A stretch of DNA of 61,165 nt, counting the filler. It is 4 parts of 4 records of this genome, joined end to end, with 100 filler letters (N's around TTAATTAATTAA, not from the genome) between each part and the next. Parts side by side here need not be neighbours in the genome. Positions count along the whole stretch, not along the records: positions 1 to 10,271 come from SRR31147125_23276; positions 10,372 to 23,144 come from SRR31147125_23311; 2 more parts are not named here. One strand, given 5' to 3'. Shown here one piece after another: positions 9,225 to 19,363 of the stretch. The first letter of the stretch is position 1. The number at the start of each line of letters is the position of its first letter. The position numbers were made by a program, and so were the translations under genes. A model generated the notes under the pieces. It was not told the DNA's origin. It saw only the letters and a program-made list of their open reading frames with translations, and searched no databases.

Positions 9225-10271
9225 CCTTTATCATTCCTTTCTTAAACAAACTTAGCCTATCCCATATCAATACAGAAACCGACAACATAATCACTGAAAT
9301 AACTATGTAAAAAAGCCTATTATTCATTATTGCAATTACTTTATCATAGCCCATAACATCAAAAAATCTCCCATCCCATCTAATTACTCCTCTATACAAA
9401 TTTATCGGAAACCCCATCGTTCCATCCTTCATAATTACTGGTCTAGCTATTGAAAAAAAGTACAAAATATATACAGGAATTGTTGCTATCCCATTCTTTA
9501 AACATAAGGATATTGCCGTAACTAGCGAACTTAAAAATATCACCGTTACTACAGTCCATACAAATGTATAATTAATAATATCAAAAAGGCTAAACTCCCA
9601 TTCTAATGATATAGATTTGAAAAATAGATAAACGTCCATAATAATAACTATAGCTAACAAAACAGATAAGTACGCTATAAGAGCTCCAAAGTACTTCCCA
9701 AGTACATACTCATAATTTTTTATACTATGAGTATGTATTAGTTCACTTATGTTATCTTTTTCATCTTTAGCAAAAACAAAAGCAAATATAAACAGAATTA
9801 ATAATGCTGATAAAATAGACATACGGTCTGCTAACCTTCTAGAAAAATACTCTGAAAATCTATTTTGTTGTAATGCTTTACTAATTGTTAGCTGTACTTC
9901 AGATAGAGTTGTCCCCCTGTACGGTGATGAGTATACGATAAATTCAAGGTCATTGCTGTACTCTGGAATTTGAGTTTCTGCATACGCTAACAGTTCGGAG
10001 GGTTCCATTTTATTTTCTTGAATTTTAGATATTACATTCATTGCACCTATTTGTGTTTTGTCGGTTATATCATCTCCCTCCAAAACAGTTAAAACAAAAC
10101 TTTCAATCGACTCAATAATTTCTTTATCATCTAGCTCAACTAAAAAGTCATTATATGCTCCTACACTCTTGAGTTCTTCTAAATCATCTTCAGAGTTAAC
10201 TGGATAATTTAATAAGTATGGAGAAATTCAAAGTAAATGAAAATTAACAATATAGCGATAATCACTCAAAA
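9190..10271 (-). CDS. ABC-2-type transporter permease, 5' end lost in gap
   Basis: ELIHTHSIKNYEYVLGKY permease motif and multiple TM helices; frame stays open upstream of 10083 with one shift near 10225. Confidence 0.75.
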
Positions 10272-10371
10272 NNNNNNNNNNNNNNNNNNNNNNNNNNNNN
10301 NNNNNNNNNNNNNNNTTAATTAATTAANNNNNNNNNNNNNNNNNNNNNNNNNNNNNNNNNNNNNNNNNNNN
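10272..10371. other. Artificial contig spacer (N44-TTAATTAATTAA-N44)
   Basis: Six-frame stop linker; identical at three positions. Confidence 0.98.
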
Positions 10372-10479
10372 AGCTGCCGGACAGCATGACGTTCAAATAA
10401 CAGATATGACATATTGCGGATATCCATTTTAAAAATTGAAGGGATTTGAAAAAAAGAACTTTCTAATAAACTAATACTT

Positions 10480-12135
10480 ATGAGGGAAAAATATTTTTTT
10501 GTATTGATAGCGACAATTGTTTGTGTATCAATATGTTCTTGCACAAGAAAAGATTCTGCAAGCAGCAAGTCCGCTGTTGAATATACTGTTGAAGTCGATG
10601 CCATCATTGGAGAAAATCATGAATTTTGGAAATCCATTGGCTACGATTTTTTATTTAAGATTGTAAACGAGCCGGAAGGACAAGAATTTTTAGATAAGGC
10701 AGAAAAAGAACAATCTGTTCGGTATTTCCGAACGCACTATACCTTTAATAACAGGGCTTCCGGTGATAAAAAGGCGGGAGGAAATACCTGTGGAAATGTT
10801 GTTTCCAGAGACAGCGACGGGAATATTCAATATGACTTTTCAAAAGTTAATAAAACCTTTCGTGAATATGTAAAGCGGGGAATGAAACCTATTGTGGAGT
10901 TTGATTACTACCCGGATGGATTTTCCGAAAATTCTTTGCAAAATGTGAACGACGAGGCATTGGAAGCAAGGAGCGGTGCGCCGGTAAGCTGGGAGGATTG
11001 GCAAGACTTACTTGATAATTTTATGCAAAATCTGGTAGATGAGTTTGGAAAAGAAGAGCTTAAAACGTGGTATTTCGAGGTGTGGAATGAACCCGATGGG
11101 TGGTCGAGGGAAGAGCTTCCTGATTTTTACAGGTTATACGATGTTTTTGCACATACCGTTAAATCTTATGATAAAGATTTTAAAGTAGGCGGTCCGTCCT
11201 GTTATCACCTTTATTTTATGAAGGAATTTTTAGACCATGTAGTTTACGGAACAAACTATGTTACCGGGGAAACAGGTTCGCCGGTCGATTTTCTTTCTCA
11301 TCACATTTACGGTTTGTCGGGTAGCTGGCTGAAACCGGCACCTGATATCTGGCCCGTGGTTTCTAAATTTACCTCAGACATGCTTTGGTGGCAACGGCTG
11401 ATGCAAAAATACCCCAGTATGAGTGATGTGGAAATGCATCTCAATGAATGGGGAGTGTGTTCTCATGGTGACAGTAAATTTGTTGCAGAATTTCCTCAAC
11501 TGGAATACCGCAACACTGAGTTCTCCGCACTTTTTATGGTGAAACTGGTAGATTGTTTATTTGCCATCGAGGATAATTATGATTTCCGAACCGAACTGAT
11601 GCTTTACTGGGGCGCATGGTTTAATGCTGCAACCGGCCCAATTTTTATGGGATCGCGAGATTTAATGACAAGCGGAAATATTCCTAAACCAATTATGACA
11701 GCTTATGAAATGCTGGCCAACCTGGGAACACATCGTTTACAAGTGGCAGGGCCAAAACCCGGCGGCAGATTTGGTTTGTTAGCTACCCGGTCGGAGAAAG
11801 CCTTGCAAATTCTGGCTTATAATTTTCAGGAGACGGATGATAATTTTAATCAGGAAGATAATTTTGTTATTAACCTGGAACACTTATCCGGCGAGGGAGA
11901 ACTTACCGTAAAAGAATACCGGATGGATCGCTCGCATAACAATTCCTACAGAAAATGGGAAAGCATGGGAAAACCGGAGGCTGATAAGGAGATTATCAGC
12001 CAACTCAGAGAAGAAGGTGCCTTGAAAGTAACCAACACCTTTACCATAAAAACCCGCGATGGGCAGGCGATTTGGGAAGATCGTCTGGCACGGCATTCAA
12101 TGTGCCTGTACACAATCGAGATGAGCGATTTGTGA
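10480..12135 (+). CDS. GH39 glycoside hydrolase (lipoprotein)
   Basis: WYFEVWNEPD acid/base, HLNEWG nucleophile, KVGGP, SHHIYG; N-terminal lipobox CSC. Confidence 0.88.
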   Translation: MREKYFFVLIATIVCVSICSCTRKDSASSKSAVEYTVEVDAIIGENHEFWKSIGYDFLFKIVNEPEGQEFLDKAEKEQSVRYFRTHYTFNNRASGDKKAGGNTCGNVVSRDSDGNIQYDFSKVNKTFREYVKRGMKPIVEFDYYPDGFSENSLQNVNDEALEARSGAPVSWEDWQDLLDNFMQNLVDEFGKEELKTWYFEVWNEPDGWSREELPDFYRLYDVFAHTVKSYDKDFKVGGPSCYHLYFMKEFLDHVVYGTNYVTGETGSPVDFLSHHIYGLSGSWLKPAPDIWPVVSKFTSDMLWWQRLMQKYPSMSDVEMHLNEWGVCSHGDSKFVAEFPQLEYRNTEFSALFMVKLVDCLFAIEDNYDFRTELMLYWGAWFNAATGPIFMGSRDLMTSGNIPKPIMTAYEMLANLGTHRLQVAGPKPGGRFGLLATRSEKALQILAYNFQETDDNFNQEDNFVINLEHLSGEGELTVKEYRMDRSHNNSYRKWESMGKPEADKEIISQLREEGALKVTNTFTIKTRDGQAIWEDRLARHSMCLYTIEMSDL

Positions 12136-12288
12136 TTATAAAAGAATCTCATTCAACGGGTAAATATTAAGAGCTGAAATATATTGCATTAGAAAAATAG
12201 AGCTAGAACAGGATAATCAGACTTGAAAAAGAAAGAGTAGACTGGGAAAAATTTAAAGAGATAACCTAAGTAACTAAACAACTAAAAC

Positions 12289-15213
12289 ATGAAACGATTA
12301 ATTTACATTTTGCCATTTCTTTTTGTTGGCAGTATTTTCGCTCAACCTCCTGCCCAAACTTTTGAATTACGTTATTTTACCAACGATAAAAACGCCAATG
12401 GCGAAACCGATTTTAAAGGCAGTACCGAGTGGATGGATACTGAACAGCGTATCAGTTTCTTAAACGATTATGCAAACTATGCCTCTGTTTTTTTTCAGAA
12501 TCCTGATTTTGATAAAAAACTAATTTCCGATAATGAAACAAGTGAGCTTTTGGCCAATGTTAAACCACAGCCCCTAACAAATGTACGGCAGACTATTCCT
12601 TTAAACAACTGGAAAGCTTATGGCTATAGAAACGGACAGGAATTAGAACAGCAGAAAGCGTTGGCAAGGTGGCAAAAATATCGAGGGGCAAGTATTTTCA
12701 ACAAAACTTTAGTACTGGAAAATTCTGAGATTAAACATGAAGTTGACTCGCTCAATTGGCGGTTTAAGTTCGAAACAAAAATACGCCTGGACGGAAATTC
12801 CTGTTCTGTTATTCTGAAGAACAGGCAGGTGGAAGTATTGACTGTTCAGCTAAAAAAAGAAGAGCTTCTTGTAGTTTCTGCCGGAAAAACCATCAGCAAA
12901 AAAATCAATAAAGAAGGGTGGCTTGAGCTGAAAATTGAAGGTGACTTTACCCAAAAATGCTTTAATTTAATGCTGGATGGAGAGCGTTTGTTCCACTATA
13001 TCCCGATGGCAAACACTTCTGCAACTTTTATCTCTGAACTTGCGTTACAATCAGTAGGAAAAACACAAATAGATGATCTGTTTCTGTTTAATCACGAGCC
13101 GGTTGATAATGTTAAAGCTCCCTATCGTTCAACAGTTATCCTCGATCAGGATTTTCAGGAGATTAAAACCGTAGACGACTGGCAAAAAATGCAGTTCGAC
13201 GATGGACTTTGGGAAACGGTAGATTTACCCGCTGTTCATGGTGGTTTGCGCGAAAAGGAAGAGGACTATTATTTACGAAAAAAAGTTCGTATTGAAGATT
13301 TTGAGCGGGCAACCCTTGTTTTGGAAACCCTCGACCCGGGTGGTGAAGTGTGGATAAACAATCAGGTTGTTGCCGTAATAAACAGTCGCCATCCTGTGGA
13401 ACTCGATGTTACAAACTACCTGAAAAAAAACAGCGAAAATCTGATTGCGGTAAAAGTAAAACATTATAAAATTAACAGCCCTATGCATCACGACCCATCG
13501 GATCATTATGTCGGCTGGTTTTTGGGGCGGTCGAAATTATTGTTGAGCAGCAAATGTATGATTGCTGATGTACAGGCACATACAACGAGTATTGGCAATC
13601 CTGCAACGCAAATGAATAAGGTTTGTATTCAGTACGATGGTCGAAATTATTTCCATGGGTGTATAGAAGTGAACTATTACCCGTGGTTTCCTGAAGAAGG
13701 CGAAAAGCTTGCCTCGTTTAGCAAACAAATTCAGGTTCGTCCACGCATTTTAAATGAATACAAAATTGAATTATCAATTCCTGAACCTAAGTTATGGAGT
13801 TGCAATTCGCCTGAACTGTACAAAGTTGAAGTTATATTGAAGGATGATGAAGGCCATGCAATTGATGATTATGTAACAACAACGGGAATTCGGGTAATGG
13901 AACAAAAAAACGGCGATTTCTATTTTAATGAAAAACCGGAAATGTTGAATGGAGCACAAATAATGGGATTTCGTACGCCCATTGAAACGGTTGCCAAAAC
14001 AAATCGTTGTGCACCTTCCGAAATAATTGCGAACGAACTACTTTCGGTAAAAAAAATGGGTGGTAATTTGCTACGACTTCATGTGCATGCCGAGCAAGAT
14101 ACCTGCGACGGGATTAACGACCCGCGTTATGCCGAGTTGGCCGACCAATTGGGGATTTGCCTGATATGGCAAACTCCGGGGTGGGTGCGCGGTGGCGAAG
14201 CCTGGCACATCGATTTTGAGGGCTTCTCGAAATATATGAAACAGGTGTATAATCATCCCTCTATCGTTATCTGGGAAGCCGGAAATCATCCGAACCAATT
14301 TAAACTCCACGACATTTCGGATACCCACGATTATGTGGAGAAAATTTACAAGGCGATTTATCCGTTTGACCAGAGCCGGCTTATTTCTCCTACTACATTT
14401 TGGCAACACACGCATTATGCCAATTACGATGGCACTATCGATCGTGACGGGAACAAAATCACCCCGGTTCCGGAATACATGGCCCAACGGGTAACGCGCG
14501 GAAGCCAGGATGCTTACGCCGGTTATGGGCACGACTGGTCGAGGATACGTGGGCTGCCGGGTAGTTTTGTAGCATCCTGTCTGGCAGCAAAAGATAAGGC
14601 TTACTTTAATTTCGAACACGAAGAGTCGATTGGCCAGCCGAACTGGGATTTGTGCAAAGGAAAACCTTGGTATTTGCTTCAGTCGTACGAATGGAATTAT
14701 GATGACGGAAGTATTGGGCGGAAATTAAAAGCAAGCGAATGGAAAGCTAGCCAGGCATGGCAGGCATTCTCGGCATGGGAGTCGATGAAAAAACAAATAT
14801 TGGTAGGATACGACGGTTTCTCGTGGTGCTGCCTGCATGGAGGTGCAAATATGGGAACGTATAAAAAGCCATTAATCGATAACCTGGGACACCCTAAACT
14901 GGCTTGGTATACTAACAAAATGATTTTTCAGGAAACTTGGGCAGCAAGTAACAACGTGGATGTTGTTTACGGACCCGATGATAAAATTAAACCGGTGATT
15001 AATCATTTGGGCGCTGGTGAATTAGTAACATTAATAGTGCAGCTGAAAGATTTGAATGGAAAGACAATTAAAAAGAAAGAATTTAAAAATATTGAACTGA
15101 AAGAAGGACATTCATTTACTGAAATGGAAAGTTTTCAGTTTAAAAATGTCGAGGATGGAATATACGTAATTGCTTATGACGTTTTTTTTTCAGAAATAGA
15201 ACCAATTGAGTAG
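12289..15213 (+). CDS. GH2-like multidomain glycoside hydrolase, secreted
   Basis: Signal peptide, PKLWS..SPELY, TGIR, KKMGGNLLRLH, ADQLGI, NHPSIVIWEAGNH. Confidence 0.8.
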   Translation: MKRLIYILPFLFVGSIFAQPPAQTFELRYFTNDKNANGETDFKGSTEWMDTEQRISFLNDYANYASVFFQNPDFDKKLISDNETSELLANVKPQPLTNVRQTIPLNNWKAYGYRNGQELEQQKALARWQKYRGASIFNKTLVLENSEIKHEVDSLNWRFKFETKIRLDGNSCSVILKNRQVEVLTVQLKKEELLVVSAGKTISKKINKEGWLELKIEGDFTQKCFNLMLDGERLFHYIPMANTSATFISELALQSVGKTQIDDLFLFNHEPVDNVKAPYRSTVILDQDFQEIKTVDDWQKMQFDDGLWETVDLPAVHGGLREKEEDYYLRKKVRIEDFERATLVLETLDPGGEVWINNQVVAVINSRHPVELDVTNYLKKNSENLIAVKVKHYKINSPMHHDPSDHYVGWFLGRSKLLLSSKCMIADVQAHTTSIGNPATQMNKVCIQYDGRNYFHGCIEVNYYPWFPEEGEKLASFSKQIQVRPRILNEYKIELSIPEPKLWSCNSPELYKVEVILKDDEGHAIDDYVTTTGIRVMEQKNGDFYFNEKPEMLNGAQIMGFRTPIETVAKTNRCAPSEIIANELLSVKKMGGNLLRLHVHAEQDTCDGINDPRYAELADQLGICLIWQTPGWVRGGEAWHIDFEGFSKYMKQVYNHPSIVIWEAGNHPNQFKLHDISDTHDYVEKIYKAIYPFDQSRLISPTTFWQHTHYANYDGTIDRDGNKITPVPEYMAQRVTRGSQDAYAGYGHDWSRIRGLPGSFVASCLAAKDKAYFNFEHEESIGQPNWDLCKGKPWYLLQSYEWNYDDGSIGRKLKASEWKASQAWQAFSAWESMKKQILVGYDGFSWCCLHGGANMGTYKKPLIDNLGHPKLAWYTNKMIFQETWAASNNVDVVYGPDDKIKPVINHLGAGELVTLIVQLKDLNGKTIKKKEFKNIELKEGHSFTEMESFQFKNVEDGIYVIAYDVFFSEIEPIE

Positions 15214-15259
15214 AGCTAAAAGAAAAAAGTTTAAGCTTTTAAAAAATACCAATATAGCT

Positions 15260-17107
15260 ATGAACAAAAACATTTCACGGAGAGCATTTATGAGCACCTC
15301 GCTGATGGGAGTTGGTGGAATGGCTCTGGCCAGCCGTATTAGCCCTTTTGTTGATATTCCAGATGGAAACACAGGAAAAGCCTGGAATAAAAAATTGATA
15401 GCAACCACTGATTATATCGACAACATTGTTATCAACAATCGTGGAACTCGTTACGGAACTCCTGTTCCCAGAAACGAAGAATATTACCTCAATCATGGTT
15501 GTTTTATGAACAGGGAACAACTCGACGGATTGCATAAATATCTGGCATCGATTGGCGTAACTCGGCACCAGTGGATGTTCGAAACCATTTGGAATTTATA
15601 TGAAGATTATCCGCACGGTTTTGATTTGTTGGAAGAAGCCAGGAAATCGGCACACAAATACGGAATTGAGTTTTACGCCATAATAAAACCTTTCGAAGGG
15701 GGAGGATTTGGAACCATTTTGCCGTCTACCATGCCTTTCCCCGATGGCAGTGTTGCTTTTAAAGACATCTGTGGTATTCATTCCAGAGCACGGACTTTTG
15801 TAGCCACAAATTTGGATAAAAACTTAAAACGAAGACCGGGAACATTCGAATCAGGGCAACTAATTTCGGCAATCCGCCTGGTAAAAGGCGATAATCGCGA
15901 AACACGTATTAAAAAGGAACATCTGTCGATTTTTACAAGCGCCACCAATAATAATTTTAAGCCTTATGAGGGGACTTTTTCTTTTCGCGAATCATTCGAG
16001 AAACGATACCGTTTCCCATACTGGAGAGAATGCAGGATTTTTAATCTCGAAAACCTGCAAATTCCCAAAGGCCATAATTATGTCCTCATAAAATGTTCAC
16101 TGGCCGATAACCGAGGCACTTTCAGCAACGAAAAAGGAAATATAGTTGAATTGGTTGGAAGCGATGGCGAAACTTTACCTCACACCTTAAGCACCGGGCC
16201 TGTATCATTGGAAGAGCACCAATCAAAATATCTCAATTCAAAAGTTTACCGGCAAGTCGACAGGTATCTTCAATCTCCCGAAGTTCTGGCAGAAATCAAT
16301 AATTCTGAAAGAATGGAATACCATTACAAGGATTATTATGCTTTTGGCAATTATCATTTGGGTGAATATACTACGCTCGATACAGACGGTTATCTGGCTT
16401 TTGTTCAGGGCAAACCCGAATATTTATGGGGCAACCTTAATCCTGTTTATCCTGAAGTGAGGGAGCATTGGCTGGAAATGGTTCAATTTTGTCTCGACCG
16501 GGGTGTTGATGGTGTTAATATTAGGCTGTCGAACCATTCAAATTCTCCTGAATACTGGGAATATGGCTATAACGAGCCGGCCGTGAAAGCCTGCGAAGGA
16601 AACGTGGATCGTTTCACACTAAGCCGCGTAAATGGAAATGCGTACACTGCCTTTTTGCGCGAGGCTCGGAAACGAATAAAAGGAAAAGGTAAGAACATAG
16701 TCATCCATCTTCTTTCTGAATTATTAGAACCCGATAACCGTCCCTTAAAATTGCTCGCCTTTCCACCAAATTTTGAGTGGCAGTGGGAAACCTGGGTAAA
16801 GGAAATTGCTGACGAATTAGAATTTCGGGGAGTTTATAAACTACGGCCAAATAATCTCGATATGGTTGTTGACACTTTCGCCCACGCCGCCAAAAAGGCA
16901 AATAAACCGTTTTATTTCCAGGGCGATTTCCATGGATTAAGTTTCGAAAGGCCAATTTTCAGTACCGAAGAGGAATTGAAATATGTGTTTAAACATGCAG
17001 GACTGAGCGGCTATGTTTTATACGAAACGGCCAATTTTACCCGAATAAATGATGATGGGGAAATTGAAGGAAAACCGGAGTTAACTGATTTAATTTCAAA
17101 TTTGTAA
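15260..17107 (+). CDS. Tat-exported hypothetical protein, probable TIM-barrel glycosidase-like
   Basis: ISRRAFM twin-arginine signal; LNPVYPEVREHWLEMVQFCLDRGVDGVNIR resembles GH TIM-barrel segments. Confidence 0.6.
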   Translation: MNKNISRRAFMSTSLMGVGGMALASRISPFVDIPDGNTGKAWNKKLIATTDYIDNIVINNRGTRYGTPVPRNEEYYLNHGCFMNREQLDGLHKYLASIGVTRHQWMFETIWNLYEDYPHGFDLLEEARKSAHKYGIEFYAIIKPFEGGGFGTILPSTMPFPDGSVAFKDICGIHSRARTFVATNLDKNLKRRPGTFESGQLISAIRLVKGDNRETRIKKEHLSIFTSATNNNFKPYEGTFSFRESFEKRYRFPYWRECRIFNLENLQIPKGHNYVLIKCSLADNRGTFSNEKGNIVELVGSDGETLPHTLSTGPVSLEEHQSKYLNSKVYRQVDRYLQSPEVLAEINNSERMEYHYKDYYAFGNYHLGEYTTLDTDGYLAFVQGKPEYLWGNLNPVYPEVREHWLEMVQFCLDRGVDGVNIRLSNHSNSPEYWEYGYNEPAVKACEGNVDRFTLSRVNGNAYTAFLREARKRIKGKGKNIVIHLLSELLEPDNRPLKLLAFPPNFEWQWETWVKEIADELEFRGVYKLRPNNLDMVVDTFAHAAKKANKPFYFQGDFHGLSFERPIFSTEEELKYVFKHAGLSGYVLYETANFTRINDDGEIEGKPELTDLISNL

Positions 17108-17119
17108 TGCAGGATAAAT

Positions 17120-18292
17120 ATGAATAAACTAAAACTAATAGTGGTCTCTTTTATCGTAATGTGTTCTTTTATTTCAGAAGGAAAAAAGAAAGAAGCACAT
17201 TTCAATCCTCCGCAGATAATTAAAAATCCAGCTTCATACGAAAAGTATTTGCCTGAAAGCAGGCAGTTTACAGGCATTCCGAGTTTAGCCATAAGCCCTG
17301 AGGGACGGATGTGGTGTGTTTGGTATGCCGGGCCAACTCCGCAAGAGGATAAAAATAACTATGTGGTAGTTTCTACCAGCGGCGATAAAGGAAAAACCTG
17401 GCAAGAAGTATTGGTAATAGATCCTGATGGCCCCGGAAAAGTAAGGGCTTTCGATCCCGAAGTTTGGATTGATCCCGATGGAAAACTCTGGGTATTTTGG
17501 GCTCAGGCAACCGCACTTAAAAAAGGTACAGGGGCTTTAATTACAGAAGGTACATCGGCAGGAGTTTGGGCAATAAAAACGAACAATGCAGAATCAACGA
17601 ATCCCAATTGGGATGTTCCCTTTAGAATTACAGATGGAGTAATGATGTGCAAACCAACCGTATTATCAAACGAAGAATGGGCACTCCCGGTTTCGATGTG
17701 GAAAAAAGAACCGGAACATGCAAGAATAGTAGTTTCTAACGATAAAGGAAATAGTTGGGAAATAAGAGGTGGAGCTTCTGTTCCTGATTCTGTAAGGAAT
17801 TTCGATGAGCACATGATTATCGAACGAAAAGATGGTTCGTTATGGATGTTAATACGTACTCGCTATGGAATTGGCGAAAGTTTTTCAACCGACCGAGGTG
17901 CTACCTGGACTCCACTCTCTCCATCTAAAATTCTTCATCCCAATGCCCGATTTTTTATTTCACGATTAAATTCCGGCAACCTGTTACTGGTAAAACATGG
18001 CCCGGTTGATATGAAAACAGGTCGCTCGCATCTTATGGCTTTTATCTCAAAAGACGATGGGCAAGCTTGGTCAAACGGTCTGCTTTTAGACGAAAGAAAG
18101 GGTGTTTCTTATCCCGATGGACAACAGCTAAAAGATGGCACTATTTATATTGTTTACGATTATAACAGAACGACTGACCAAAATATACTTTTTACTTCTT
18201 TTTCGGAAGAAGATGTAGAAAATGGAACTGATAATGAAATAATTGAGGTGTATCAGCGCAGGACAATTATTTATAAAAGAGGCACCAAATAA
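17120..18292 (+). CDS. Sialidase-like (BNR/Asp-box) protein
   Basis: Four Asp-boxes (SGDKGKTW, SNDKGNSW, STDRGATW, SKDDGQAW), DEH...LIRT, SYPD Tyr. Confidence 0.88.
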   Translation: MNKLKLIVVSFIVMCSFISEGKKKEAHFNPPQIIKNPASYEKYLPESRQFTGIPSLAISPEGRMWCVWYAGPTPQEDKNNYVVVSTSGDKGKTWQEVLVIDPDGPGKVRAFDPEVWIDPDGKLWVFWAQATALKKGTGALITEGTSAGVWAIKTNNAESTNPNWDVPFRITDGVMMCKPTVLSNEEWALPVSMWKKEPEHARIVVSNDKGNSWEIRGGASVPDSVRNFDEHMIIERKDGSLWMLIRTRYGIGESFSTDRGATWTPLSPSKILHPNARFFISRLNSGNLLLVKHGPVDMKTGRSHLMAFISKDDGQAWSNGLLLDERKGVSYPDGQQLKDGTIYIVYDYNRTTDQNILFTSFSEEDVENGTDNEIIEVYQRRTIIYKRGTK

Positions 18293-18342
18293 ATACGATA
18301 TTCGAACTTAGAACTAACTGATAAACAAACAACATTAAACCA

Positions 18343-19314
18343 ATGAAAGTTTTAAACCTTTTTAAATTAGCCTTACCAATGGCTTTTGTTTTTCTTATCT
18401 CTTGTAATGTAAAACAAGCGCCAACCGATTCTGCCAACCGCCCGCTAATTGTAAAATCGGGAACAATAGATTGCGATCTGGTAGAAACTACCCCAATCGT
18501 TTTCAAAGACAAAGTATACCGTTACGAATATGTAAGGCCGCGTTACTGGAATAACAAAACAGATGATTCGTATTCGAGGTTTATCGACCACGAAACAGGA
18601 GAAACGACAACACCATTTGCGAAAGGATATCACCTGGGGAGTGCTTTTGTAGAGAATAACACGGTTTATGTTACAGCTGTAAATATCTGGGATGGCGAAC
18701 AGATTCATGTTTTTAAATCGGACGACCTGGAAAACTGGGAGCACTGGATGGCTTTTGAACTGCCCGGTTTCGGCATTTTTAATACAACAATGACAAAAGC
18801 AGGCGACAAATATGTTTTAATGTTTGAAATTGGTAAACCTAAAAGTGAAGCTGGTACTCGTTTTACTGCCCGCTTTGCCACTTCCTCTGATATGAAAAAC
18901 TGGGAAGTACTACCTTCAAAATACAATTATGCAAAAGACCGGTATACCGCTCCACACTGCCTGCGTTACATGGATGGATATTATTACAATTTTTTCTTAG
19001 AACGGCACGAAGGTTTTGAAATGAGAGTGGTACGATCGAAAGACCTTGAACACTGGGAACTAAGCCCGTTAAATCCGGTTTTGAAAATTTCGGAAGAGGA
19101 TAAAATAATTGTCAACGATAACTTGCCGGATGAACTAAAGCAAAAAATAAAAGATGCTGAAAACAGAAATAATTCCGACTTCGATTTTTGTGAATACAAA
19201 GGGAAACTGGTAATAAACTATTCGTGGGGAGATCAGAGAGGAAAAGAGTTTTTGGCCGAGGCATCGTACGACGGGACAATGGAACAATTTTTAAAAGGAT
19301 GGTTCCCCGAGTAA
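18343..19314 (+). CDS. Beta-propeller glycosidase-like lipoprotein
   Basis: LISC lipobox; repeated SxDLxxW blades (SDDLENW, SSDMKNW, SKDLEHW), NPVL. Confidence 0.7.
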   Translation: MKVLNLFKLALPMAFVFLISCNVKQAPTDSANRPLIVKSGTIDCDLVETTPIVFKDKVYRYEYVRPRYWNNKTDDSYSRFIDHETGETTTPFAKGYHLGSAFVENNTVYVTAVNIWDGEQIHVFKSDDLENWEHWMAFELPGFGIFNTTMTKAGDKYVLMFEIGKPKSEAGTRFTARFATSSDMKNWEVLPSKYNYAKDRYTAPHCLRYMDGYYYNFFLERHEGFEMRVVRSKDLEHWELSPLNPVLKISEEDKIIVNDNLPDELKQKIKDAENRNNSDFDFCEYKGKLVINYSWGDQRGKEFLAEASYDGTMEQFLKGWFPE

Positions 19315-19363
19315 CTATTGATAGGTAAGTTTTACAACAGCGATAAATTAAAGAGAAATTAAG

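Noticed and set aside
10316-10327. Palindromic TTAATTAATTAA repeated three times
   Set aside because: Artificial six-frame stop linker inside N padding
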